Of a stretch of 64,000 bases of DNA, positions 49,024 to 57,845 are shown piece after piece. How positions within the stretch are numbered: position 1 is the stretch's first letter; each line of letters opens with the position of its first letter. Position numbers and translations under genes: made by a program. The notes under the pieces were generated by a model that saw nothing but the letters and a program-made list of their open reading frames with translations, was not told where the DNA came from and did not search any database. This DNA comes from a virus (lineage: Duplodnaviria > Heunggongvirae > Uroviricota > Caudoviricetes), in IMG/VR virus record IMGVR_UViG_2675903433_000022; one strand, written 5' to 3'.

Positions 49024-49306
49024 GATAATTTTTCCTTATGTAAATTTAAAATTTATTGTCGTTAGCGTCTTCGCTTTCGACGAGTTCAATTATCGATACA
49101 CGAAAAAAGATTGCAAGTGTTTTTTTAAAATTTTTTGCAGGGATGAAAGTCCTAGAAATAAAAGCGAGATCGTCGAAGGTGTTCCCTAAATAAATAATCG
49201 ATTCCGACTTTCGACCTTATATATATTTAGATTATTTGATTTATAGATATAAAGAAGTGATGTGAAAAATAATAACCGGACTTAGCCGGTTATTAACCTT
49301 ATAGAT

Positions 49307-49615
49307 TTATTGAACAGACTCTACAGCCTTACGATTGGTGTCAAATAGCGCATCAACGAACTGTGCCGATGACTCGCTAGATTCGCAATCCAACATTGCC
49401 CGTTCTTCATTTGCCACTTTCTTACACAGTTCCACATTCTCACCTATCGCTTTTCCTGCTTTTACGGCTGCCGAAAATTGATACATGCAAACTGATACAT
49501 TCTGAGACGTTGAGCACACGTCATTCATCAGCGACTGAATGACAGGCTTATAGTCCATTGCATTTGCCGCAACTGAGCAAAGTAAAAATAATGGTGGTAA
49601 CAATATCGATTTCAT
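49307..49615 (-). CDS. hypothetical secreted protein, Cys-containing
   Basis: Signal peptide MKSILLPPLFLLCSVAANA. Confidence 0.5.
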   Translation of the reverse strand: MKSILLPPLFLLCSVAANAMDYKPVIQSLMNDVCSTSQNVSVCMYQFSAAVKAGKAIGENVELCKKVANEERAMLDCESSESSAQFVDALFDTNRKAVESVQ

Positions 49616-49618
49616 AAC

Positions 49619-50143
49619 TCAAAAAGGCAAAATTCGCTCAACCCAATCGAACAAAACAACTATTTTTCTACCGTTCTCGACACGTAGTGTAACCTGACAA
49701 GCATCTGCGCCTGCTGACACTCCCTCAATTTCACGGCCATCCGCCATGTACACCCTTATAGATTTGTTTGCTTTGTAGGCTTGGTTGCAAATTGCAAAAA
49801 AATCGCGGCGTGATGGCCGATTATCGACATAATCAGGGTGAACTGTTAGTCGACCTTTGAAATCGTGAGCGATACTGTCAACCACACCTGATTCAATTGT
49901 ACTAATGCGTTCAAGTGGGAGCCTTATACGATTTTCTTTATCAAAAGGGGCTGGGCAAAGGTCAACTTTGTTACGAGATGGCATGAGGCCATAAACGTAC
50001 ATGCAAAACGCCTGGCCATCTTCGAGAGTGACCCTTACAGGAATTTGTTCTCTGCGCCAGAACATCAGTAGTTTTTCAACGTTAGTGTAATCTCGCGGCC
50101 AGAGTTCAGCTTGGATACCGTAGGTAATATCTTTGGTTGTCAT
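49619..50143 (-). CDS. hypothetical protein
   Basis: Track ORF 49619..50221; start moved to the ATG at 50143 (MTTKDITYG), 4 bp after the upstream stop. Confidence 0.45.
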   Translation of the reverse strand: MTTKDITYGIQAELWPRDYTNVEKLLMFWRREQIPVRVTLEDGQAFCMYVYGLMPSRNKVDLCPAPFDKENRIRLPLERISTIESGVVDSIAHDFKGRLTVHPDYVDNRPSRRDFFAICNQAYKANKSIRVYMADGREIEGVSAGADACQVTLRVENGRKIVVLFDWVERILPF

Positions 50144-50147
50144 GTCA

Positions 50148-50612
50148 TCACAGAGTTGTTGGCAGAATGTCGATGTCACCAGAATTGCTGGTGAACACCC
50201 TGAACGCTTTTGTGTCTCCATTCTTCAGAGTCGTTTCTCGCTCTTGACGAGCGGGGTTTAGAGCACATAAACCTGCACCTTCAAGAGATGCACCCACAAT
50301 TAATTCTCCGGCATTTAAATGGAAAGTCGCTTTTTCGCCTGTAGCCAGTTTTGCGACAGTTTCGCCGTTGATGAAAATGGAAGCATCACATCCAGCTCCT
50401 ACAAAACCTGTGTCTCTCATTACCACCAACGTAGCTGGCGCTGCGCTTTGATACTTGAACACTTTGGCCTGCGGTGCTGGTTTGGCGTCATGGATTGATA
50501 TTGGGCGTGATTGGCACGCGGTAAGCATCAACACTGGTAACGTTAGTAGAGGGAGAAGCGAGTATTTCATGATAGTTTTAGAACAGAAAGTGAACAGTAT
50601 GGGAGACTTCAT
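50148..50612 (-). CDS. putative lipoprotein
   Basis: Lipobox LTAC after a hydrophobic segment; AGGGAG RBS before the ATG at 50612 (alternative start at 50570). Confidence 0.55.
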   Translation of the reverse strand: MKSPILFTFCSKTIMKYSLLPLLTLPVLMLTACQSRPISIHDAKPAPQAKVFKYQSAAPATLVVMRDTGFVGAGCDASIFINGETVAKLATGEKATFHLNAGELIVGASLEGAGLCALNPARQERETTLKNGDTKAFRVFTSNSGDIDILPTTL

Positions 50613-50638
50613 CTTTGTCTCCCTAATTGATAGCGTGA

Positions 50639-50917
50639 TTATTTTAATCTGCTTAATAGCGTTTCGAGATCTTCCTTTGTCATATTAGAGTTCTCATAGA
50701 TACGCATGATTTTCTCACGAGTCTTAGCGGAAGCCCCGACAGAAGATATAACCTTGTCAAAGTCGGCCATTGTCAATTGTTCCAGAATGGTATTTATGAC
50801 TTCAGCCTTAGACATTTTGATATTTTTTTCTTTTAGTTTCACTTGAAACTTTCCAAGTTTGTCATTGGCCTTATCAGACAATGCTACCTGACAATAAGTT
50901 GTTTTCTTTTCACTCAT
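50639..50917 (-). CDS. hypothetical protein
   Basis: Track ORF 92 aa immediately downstream of the helicase gene. Confidence 0.5.
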   Translation of the reverse strand: MSEKKTTYCQVALSDKANDKLGKFQVKLKEKNIKMSKAEVINTILEQLTMADFDKVISSVGASAKTREKIMRIYENSNMTKEDLETLLSRLK

Positions 50918-50919
50918 AA

Positions 50920-52479
50920 CTAATCTCGTTTCAGAACTCCAAAATCGAATGCTCCATCAATAGGCAATACACCTTCTGCAAAGCCAGGTGTGGTGTCGAT
51001 GATGTGTTTTCGCTCATAAGAGTGAGACAACAGGTATTTGTTGCTAATGTCAATGAAATCAGTGATAAAACACACGTTTGCCTGATTTTTTTTGGCTCGT
51101 AAGCCACGACCGACACGCTGCCTCATTTCAACTTCTGCTTTCCCACCACCAGCAAGAATGACCGCACCAACGCTTGGCACATCAACACCGACATCCAGAA
51201 TAGTCGAGCCTATTAAAACATCTATTTCTCCAGACGCTAAACTGTTCAGCTTTGCTTGCCTTGTCGCCTGGTTAGATTCCCCATAGATGAAGTCAACTCT
51301 AAGGCCGGACTCTTTCATCATTTCCATCAGGATTTGCCCGTGGCGTTTAAGACGAACCAGAGTCATACAATTGAGAGAATGTTGCTTATAGAGCAATGCT
51401 TCGCGAACAATGGCCTCGTTACGTCCCAAATTATACACGATCCCCAACTGATAAGCCTTTTGGTAGGCGGTGCTCATACCAACTCTAAAATTGAGGTGTT
51501 TGTTGGCAAGTTCGGCCTTGATTCTGGCCTCGTCTGGCTTGTAGGCAACTTTATGATAAAGGAAGTACGGCTTTGCCAGAATGCCTCGATCAATCAGGTA
51601 CTTTTCTGTGACTTTAATTTCAATTCGCCCGGCCACCGCCATCAGGCGCATGTTGGCTTCCGTCGAATCCTTCATGAACGGCGTGGCTGTAAGCGCCAGA
51701 CGATAGTCTGCGTTCACACATAATCTGGCGATGTCATAGAAATTTGAGCCTGAAGACTCATGCGCCTCTTCCAGAATAAGAAGAGAGACACTTGAAAGGA
51801 AGCGTTTCACCAACTCCCGACGTTTGAGGTGGTAGCTTTTCTTATCTGGTGTTGCATCGCGTGGTGGTTCTTCGAGGAAACTTGCAAGAGTTTGAACTGT
51901 AGCGACGTTGATATGTCGTGATACCTGGAACTCACCCGAGCCAATGACTCCAACCTTTTGGTCTTTTAACCACGGTTCGCCATTTTCGGCGCGGTAGTCG
52001 ATGGATCTCTGGAAGTTTTCGGCCATTTGAAACATCAGAACAGAGCGGGTTGTTAAAAATAATGTCATTCGACCGATACGTGCAGCTGCTTTGCAGGCAA
52101 CGTTAGATTTCCCGCCACCAGTAGCGATCTGCGCAATCATCATTCCCTCTCGAACCAGTGTTTCCACAGTCTGATCCTGATACGCATAATCAGGATTGTA
52201 TGGGAATGGGTTAACCGCCGGATTTGGTTTACCAAGCGCCGGGGCTTTGTCTTTGCGGATATGAACACATTTGATGCCCGCCTTGTTCAAGTTCGCCGCT
52301 ACAGGCTTGGCAAAGCCAGCAGGGAACGAGTTTTTACTCCAGTTGAACATCGTGCTTGTGCCCTTCCAGTCGCCAGTCTCGACTTCGTAGCTCAACATTT
52401 GCTGCACCAGTTGCTTTACCTTGTCATCTGCGCCAGAAATAAGCGCATTTACTGCGTTAGATACAATCCGAACAGTCAT
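50920..52479 (-). CDS. superfamily 2 helicase (DExH-like)
   Basis: Motif I ATGGGKS, motif II LILEEAH, motif III TATP, motif VI QRVGRGLR. Confidence 0.8.
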   Translation of the reverse strand: MTVRIVSNAVNALISGADDKVKQLVQQMLSYEVETGDWKGTSTMFNWSKNSFPAGFAKPVAANLNKAGIKCVHIRKDKAPALGKPNPAVNPFPYNPDYAYQDQTVETLVREGMMIAQIATGGGKSNVACKAAARIGRMTLFLTTRSVLMFQMAENFQRSIDYRAENGEPWLKDQKVGVIGSGEFQVSRHINVATVQTLASFLEEPPRDATPDKKSYHLKRRELVKRFLSSVSLLILEEAHESSGSNFYDIARLCVNADYRLALTATPFMKDSTEANMRLMAVAGRIEIKVTEKYLIDRGILAKPYFLYHKVAYKPDEARIKAELANKHLNFRVGMSTAYQKAYQLGIVYNLGRNEAIVREALLYKQHSLNCMTLVRLKRHGQILMEMMKESGLRVDFIYGESNQATRQAKLNSLASGEIDVLIGSTILDVGVDVPSVGAVILAGGGKAEVEMRQRVGRGLRAKKNQANVCFITDFIDISNKYLLSHSYERKHIIDTTPGFAEGVLPIDGAFDFGVLKRD

Positions 52480-52543
52480 AAACCTCTTTCCTTAGTGCCT
52501 TTTGTATGTTATTTGGCTATTATAATAAGTAAGTGATTACTTA

Positions 52544-53242
52544 GTGGATTGTAGCAATAAAATGGATGTAAAAATCACGATTTTGCAGGTTGATGTTGCC
52601 AACCTTCGCCCGAATACCTGGAACACCAATTCGGTTGGTGCGCAGAATTTTGAAAAACTGAAAGGTTCTATCGAAAAATTGGGCTTTTTTAAGCCAATTT
52701 TGGCTCGTGAACTTGAAGATGGATTTTTTGAAATCCTCGGCGGCGAACATCGCTGGCGTGCTGCTATTGAGCAAGGAATTTCAACGGTTCCGGTGCTTTC
52801 TGTGGGCAAAATTAGCGATGTCGTAGCTAAACAGATGTCACTGGTGGACAACGAGCGATACGGTGAAGACGACCAAATCGCATTGCAACGCTTCATTGAA
52901 GAAATTCAGTCAGAACTTGACTATCAACTGTCTGAAATCGCCCCGTATGACGACGAAATCTCGATGGTTTTAGCAAAAGAGGCGGCAATCGACCTTGAAG
53001 CACTGGAGGCGTTGTCTCGTGGTAGTGATGAGCCTGTCGATACCGACAAACGAGAGAAAACCGAACGTGTGGGGGCGGAACATCAGACCATGCGCTTCAA
53101 AGTAACTTTCGATGCGTCAGATCGTGTTGCAGAAACCATAAAAAACATCATCAAAGAGCAGGCTATTAACACCGGTAATGAAATGGAGAACGCTGGTGAG
53201 GCTCTGGTGTGGCTGGTCGACTACTACAAGGAGCGTATGTAA
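52544..53242 (+). CDS. ParB-like nuclease domain protein 1 (start may be ATG 52562)
   Basis: ParB N-terminal domain signature ILGGEHRWRAA. Confidence 0.7.
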   Translation: MDCSNKMDVKITILQVDVANLRPNTWNTNSVGAQNFEKLKGSIEKLGFFKPILARELEDGFFEILGGEHRWRAAIEQGISTVPVLSVGKISDVVAKQMSLVDNERYGEDDQIALQRFIEEIQSELDYQLSEIAPYDDEISMVLAKEAAIDLEALEALSRGSDEPVDTDKREKTERVGAEHQTMRFKVTFDASDRVAETIKNIIKEQAINTGNEMENAGEALVWLVDYYKERM

Positions 53243-53910
53243 TGACCAAAAAGTTTGAAATCGTATATCGCGACCCGGCAGATCTTATTCCCTATGAGAT
53301 GAATGCCAAAAAGCATGATGAACAGCAGATCCGAGATCTGGCCGCAGCCATTAAAAAGCGCGGATTTGACCAGCCAATTACGGTCGATAAGAACGACGTA
53401 ATTATTACTGGCCACGGCCGCCGTGAGGCTGCAATTTTTGCTGGACTTGAGCGCGTGCCGGTTATTGTTCGCGATGATCTCAGTGATGACGAGGTTCGTG
53501 CGAAGCGCCTTGAAGATAACCGACTTGCCAGCATTGATTACGATGCAATTAAGCTACAGAAAGAGCTTGAGTCGCTTGTTCTGGACGATATCGAGGTTTT
53601 CGGCTTTGAAGAGCGTGAGTTGAATGTTCTCGTTGGCAGTATGACAGAAGAAATGGACACCGACTCGCTAGTTATCGATCTTGGCGAAGAAACTAAACGA
53701 CAGAAGGATGAACACACCGAGATCAGTCGCGAAGTTGCAGCGGAAGAAGTACGTGTTGTCGACGTATTGGGCTTTAAAACGCTTCCTGCTGGCTCTGCCA
53801 TTGTTGTTGGTGATTTGCTTGCCCACATGGAAGAAATGACGGGAGAGAGCGGGGTAGACGCATTTGTGGCATATGCGGAGAAGATCTCTTCCGGGGAGAT
53901 GGCTGCATGA
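53242..53910 (+). CDS. ParB-like nuclease domain protein 2
   Basis: Track ORF 53209..53910, ATG 53242; signature ITGHGRREAA. Confidence 0.7.
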   Translation: MTKKFEIVYRDPADLIPYEMNAKKHDEQQIRDLAAAIKKRGFDQPITVDKNDVIITGHGRREAAIFAGLERVPVIVRDDLSDDEVRAKRLEDNRLASIDYDAIKLQKELESLVLDDIEVFGFEERELNVLVGSMTEEMDTDSLVIDLGEETKRQKDEHTEISREVAAEEVRVVDVLGFKTLPAGSAIVVGDLLAHMEEMTGESGVDAFVAYAEKISSGEMAA

Positions 53911-54572
53911 GCAAATACATCATCAACGTATCGTTTCAGACTCGCGTAAATAAAACCACGCGCACATTGGAAATCGCTGAGTCGTTCGGGCTTGGCCTGG
54001 ACGAAAAAGAGTGGACGCTTTACGACAATCTGGAGCTGGAAGTGAAGCAGGGCGATGTGGTGTACATCACCGGCCAATCCGGTTCCGGCAAATCCGTTGT
54101 GCTGCGCGAGTTGCAACGACAGATGAAGGATGAAGGGCTGTCTGTAGCCTCCATCGATGATTTTACCTTCGATAATGAGGTTAACGTCATCGATCAGTTG
54201 GGCAAAACGACCAGTGATGCGCTTGGGTTGTTATCTATGGCTGGTCTGAACGATGCATATCTGTTTGTTCGCAAGCCTTCTGAAATGTCAGACGGCCAGA
54301 AATATCGTCTCAAGATTGCCAAACTGATTGAGTCAGGCGCTAAAGTGTGGGCTGCTGACGAGTTCGGCGCTGTTCTCGACCGTGTAACCGCTCAGGTTGT
54401 GGCGTCTAACCTCCAGCGTGCCGCTCGAAAGGTTGGTGCGACGGTAATGGTGGCGACGACTCACGAAGACCTGAAGAACGCGCTGCGCCCGGATATGCAG
54501 ATCACCAAGCACTACAAAGAACGCGTGAAGGTGGAATATCACAATGGTAGTCATGATGAGGTCCATTCATGA
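53907..54572 (+). CDS. ABC-type ATPase domain protein (no transmembrane domain)
   Basis: Walker A GQSGSGKS, signature-like SDGQKYR, Walker B VWAADEFG, H-loop TTHE. Confidence 0.65.
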   Translation: MSKYIINVSFQTRVNKTTRTLEIAESFGLGLDEKEWTLYDNLELEVKQGDVVYITGQSGSGKSVVLRELQRQMKDEGLSVASIDDFTFDNEVNVIDQLGKTTSDALGLLSMAGLNDAYLFVRKPSEMSDGQKYRLKIAKLIESGAKVWAADEFGAVLDRVTAQVVASNLQRAARKVGATVMVATTHEDLKNALRPDMQITKHYKERVKVEYHNGSHDEVHS

Positions 54573-55459
54573 CGGACATCATCATTAAACGCTACCGCCC
54601 TGAAGAGTTTCCGCGTCATCTGGACTTTCTGGAGCGAATGACTGTTACAAAGGGAACTGTAGAGGACTGGCACGCTCTTAAGTCGCTTCACTACAAAACA
54701 GACGGCAAACCTTTCGCGCCAACTTACTATCGCTGCGAACTTGATGACCGTCTGGTGGGCGTCGTGGTTATGGCTTACCCGAAACTACTGTTGGCACCTC
54801 GCCACCGCATGTTTCCTAAGTTGAAACCAACCACTAATACCACCGTGGCTAACCAGTACTGGGGTCGGTACGTGAATAACAACTTTGCGGTGATCAGTCG
54901 CTCAGTTGTGGATACTCAGTATCGTGGCGTAGGCGTCTCTTATCGAATGATTAACCTGGTTAGCAGGATGCATGACCGGCCAATCATTGAGATCCAGTCC
55001 TCGATGAGCAAATACAATCCCTTCGCCATGAAAGCAGGGTTTAAGTTCATCCGCCCTGAGCGACCGAAGAGCTATGAAAGTGCACTGCGTGTATTCCAGC
55101 GCCATTTCCGTTCCGACCCGGGTGATAACGAGGCGATCGTCAAAGAGTTGTTCGCAATGAGCGAGTCTCGTCGTCGCCGTGCACTGCGTGATCTGGTGGC
55201 GGACTACCACAAGAACAGTTCCCTGGCAAAAGCTGGGCGGAATCGTGGCACTACGATTCAGGACATTGCCGACAGTCTGGTGGACGAGGCCAGCATTGTG
55301 AAGCTGCTCAAGGACATTCACAACCTGAGCTTTACGTCTCCGTTGTATGGTGTGTACCGAAACCCTGACTTTGGCCGTCGACTGCCTGACACGCTGCCAC
55401 TGCTGGCATTCGACAAACAACCTTTGGATAAACCGTTAGAAATTGCTTTACCGGCATAA
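54569..55459 (+). CDS. GNAT-like acyltransferase domain protein with C-terminal extension (tentative)
   Basis: Motif A-like VVDTQYRGVGVSYRMINLV and motif B-like NPFAMKAGFKFI. Confidence 0.45.
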   Translation: MTDIIIKRYRPEEFPRHLDFLERMTVTKGTVEDWHALKSLHYKTDGKPFAPTYYRCELDDRLVGVVVMAYPKLLLAPRHRMFPKLKPTTNTTVANQYWGRYVNNNFAVISRSVVDTQYRGVGVSYRMINLVSRMHDRPIIEIQSSMSKYNPFAMKAGFKFIRPERPKSYESALRVFQRHFRSDPGDNEAIVKELFAMSESRRRRALRDLVADYHKNSSLAKAGRNRGTTIQDIADSLVDEASIVKLLKDIHNLSFTSPLYGVYRNPDFGRRLPDTLPLLAFDKQPLDKPLEIALPA

Positions 55460-55468
55460 GGATTTGCC

Positions 55469-55735
55469 ATGACGTTAACCGACAAACAAAAGGACATCAT
55501 CAAAACGCTCAATCTCGGTTATGAGCGAGGTCATCTACTTGATCTGGACGAATTGCTTGAAGTTTTGCCGTACAAGACAACCAAGCAAAGTATCCAGTTC
55601 TCAATTCGCGCTCTGATAAAAAAGGGGCTGGTGGAGAAAGGGCATACGCGCCAACGCAGTGACAATCGCTATCACCGCCGGACTCTTGGGTTAACCACTT
55701 TAGGTCGAGCCAAAGCGAAGTTACTGGTGATGTAA
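55469..55735 (+). CDS. small winged-helix DNA-binding protein (tentative)
   Basis: 88 aa; helix-turn-helix-like segment and basic C-terminus. Confidence 0.4.
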   Translation: MTLTDKQKDIIKTLNLGYERGHLLDLDELLEVLPYKTTKQSIQFSIRALIKKGLVEKGHTRQRSDNRYHRRTLGLTTLGRAKAKLLVM

Positions 55736-55759
55736 TCGGTCTGGGAGCTTATTTAAAGA

Positions 55760-55816
55760 CCTGCTTCTGTATATATAAATAATAAGTAACTTATTAAATA
55801 TATACGGAAGCAGGCT
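55760..55816. repeat. long inverted repeat, copy 2 of 2
   Basis: CCTGCTTCTGTATATAT ... ATATATACGGAAGCAGG, near-identical arms to the element at 25361-25419. Confidence 0.6.
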
Positions 55817-55930
55817 TCGTAAGACATGCCAGACCTAATTAAACACCCCAGAAAACAAGTTGGTTAGCAGATGCAGTAAACAAGTTGTTTTAGAGCGCAT
55901 GGACGCGCTCTGTGTGTTTTAGAGGGATCT

Positions 55931-56563
55931 ATGACGGTCGAAAAAGACGAGGTAAAAACTCGCCTGACACCAGCGGAGTGGGCCGAAGCTGAAGCCAAAT
56001 GGACGTCAGGCGAATATACACTCTCAAAGCTGGAGGAAGAGTACGGCATTCGTCGTGAAACACTCTCCAGACATTTCAAAAAGCGAGGATTAGAGAAAGG
56101 CGCGGACTCTGTTGGGAAGATGGTTCGTGAGTCTCTTAAATCTGACGCAGAGCTTCGCGCTAAAGCCCGTGCGGAAAAGATAGAAGAACGTCGTACACGT
56201 TATGACGGCTGGGCGTATGCGTTGGGGCAGATGGTGATGGTCGAAGTCACTACGGCCAAACGTGAGGGTAAGCCTTTAGGGGCGATTGAGGATTCTCTCA
56301 AGAGCTTACAGAGAGCCAGTAATACCCTTGCAAAATGCTTTGAAGTTTCGTCCAAAGCATTGGGCATGGATCATGCGGAAAATGACGAGGAAGAAATTCC
56401 GAACCTGGTATTTGGTGAGCTTACGCCTTCCCAGGTGGCGAAATTACGTCAGGAAGACGACGAGCCTGAAATCATCGATGACGAATTGCTTGAGACGTTG
56501 GAAGAAGAAGCTCTAAGCGAATTTGATGCGACAGATGATGGAATTGAAGGGGAGGACGAATAA
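55931..56563 (+). CDS. terminase small subunit (putative)
   Basis: 210 aa immediately upstream of and overlapping the large terminase start; acidic C-terminus; call by position. Confidence 0.5.
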   Translation: MTVEKDEVKTRLTPAEWAEAEAKWTSGEYTLSKLEEEYGIRRETLSRHFKKRGLEKGADSVGKMVRESLKSDAELRAKARAEKIEERRTRYDGWAYALGQMVMVEVTTAKREGKPLGAIEDSLKSLQRASNTLAKCFEVSSKALGMDHAENDEEEIPNLVFGELTPSQVAKLRQEDDEPEIIDDELLETLEEEALSEFDATDDGIEGEDE

Positions 56564-57819
56564 TGGCAATCCCGTCCTCGCTCAGTCTTGTGCAACTGCA
56601 TTCTGGACAGATGAAAGTCTTCCAGTCTCCGCATCGATTTAAAGTTGTTTGTGCTGGTCGACGCTGGGGAAAATCCCGGTTGTCGATCTCCACTATTATT
56701 CGTGCGGCGGCAAAGGAAAAAAAGCAAAGAGTCTGGTATGTCGCTCCTACTTACCAGATGGCTCGCCAGATTTTGTGGGACGATCTACAGGAAGTTCTGC
56801 CTCGTAAGTGGGTTAGGAAAAAGAACGACACCACGATGACAATCGTGTTGAAGAACGGTTCGGAGATCGCCCTCAAAGGTGCTGATAAGCCTGACACTCT
56901 GCGCGGCGTAGCGTTGCATTTTGTAGTGCTTGATGAATTTCAGGATATGAAGGCTGACACCTGGTACAAGGTGTTACGACCTACTCTTTCATCGACACGC
57001 GGCGGTGCACTGATCATTGGTACGCCAAAAGGCTTCTCGGAATTTCACAAACTGTGGACTATAGGCCAGAACGTAGAGCTGCAAAGAAAGGGACAGTGGA
57101 AGAGCTGGCAGTTTGTAACTGCCGATTCTCCGTTTGTACCTACGGCGGAAATTGAAGCTGCTAAGAATGATATGGACCCGAAATCGTTCGCTCAGGAGTA
57201 CCTGGCGAGCTTTGAGAACATGTCCGGGCGCGTTTACTACCCGTTCGATCGTAACGTGCATGTAAAACCGCTTCAGTTCAACCCTCGGTTGCCTATATGG
57301 GTAGGGCAGGACTTCAACATTGACCCGATGTCTTCAGTAATTTTGCAACCTCAGCCAAATGGTGAGCTATGGGCAATTGATGAATTGGTGCTCTTTTCCT
57401 CTAACACGGCAGAGGTTTGTGATGAGCTTGAGAGACGCTTCTGGCGCTGGAAATCACAGATAACGGTATTTCCAGATCCGGCAGGTGCTTATCGCCAACA
57501 TGCTCGCGGGGAGTCTGACGTCGACATATTCAAAGAGAAGGGATTCTTACGTGTCGATTATTCGAAAAAGCACCCGCCAATTGCGGATCGTGTTAATGCT
57601 GTTAACCGAATGCTGATGACCGCATCTGGAGATATCCGGTTGTATATCGATCCGAAGTGCAAGCATTTGATTGATTCACTGGAAAAAGTCATCTACAAGC
57701 CTGGAACACGAGATATGGATAAGACAGGTGGCATTGAGCATAGTGCAGACGCATTGGGCTATCCAGTACATCGTAGGTATCCAGTCAAAAACCGTGTTAT
57801 TCTTGGTGGTTCTCGATAG
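56563..57819 (+). CDS. terminase large subunit
   Basis: Terminase-type Walker A VCAGRRWGKS and Walker B VVLDEFQD; C-terminal nuclease-sized domain. Confidence 0.85.
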   Translation: MAIPSSLSLVQLHSGQMKVFQSPHRFKVVCAGRRWGKSRLSISTIIRAAAKEKKQRVWYVAPTYQMARQILWDDLQEVLPRKWVRKKNDTTMTIVLKNGSEIALKGADKPDTLRGVALHFVVLDEFQDMKADTWYKVLRPTLSSTRGGALIIGTPKGFSEFHKLWTIGQNVELQRKGQWKSWQFVTADSPFVPTAEIEAAKNDMDPKSFAQEYLASFENMSGRVYYPFDRNVHVKPLQFNPRLPIWVGQDFNIDPMSSVILQPQPNGELWAIDELVLFSSNTAEVCDELERRFWRWKSQITVFPDPAGAYRQHARGESDVDIFKEKGFLRVDYSKKHPPIADRVNAVNRMLMTASGDIRLYIDPKCKHLIDSLEKVIYKPGTRDMDKTGGIEHSADALGYPVHRRYPVKNRVILGGSR

Positions 57820-57845
57820 GTAAGTAATTATCTAAGGTTATTCAA

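Noticed and set aside
53538-55420. Minus-strand ORFs 53538..54116 and 54902..55420
   Set aside because: Antisense to the ParB-like, ABC ATPase and GNAT-like genes, which carry recognizable motifs in the plus frame
55760-55930. pac or cos site upstream of the terminase genes
   Set aside because: The inverted repeat and hairpins are suggestive but there is no sequence-level basis to call a packaging site without terminus mapping data
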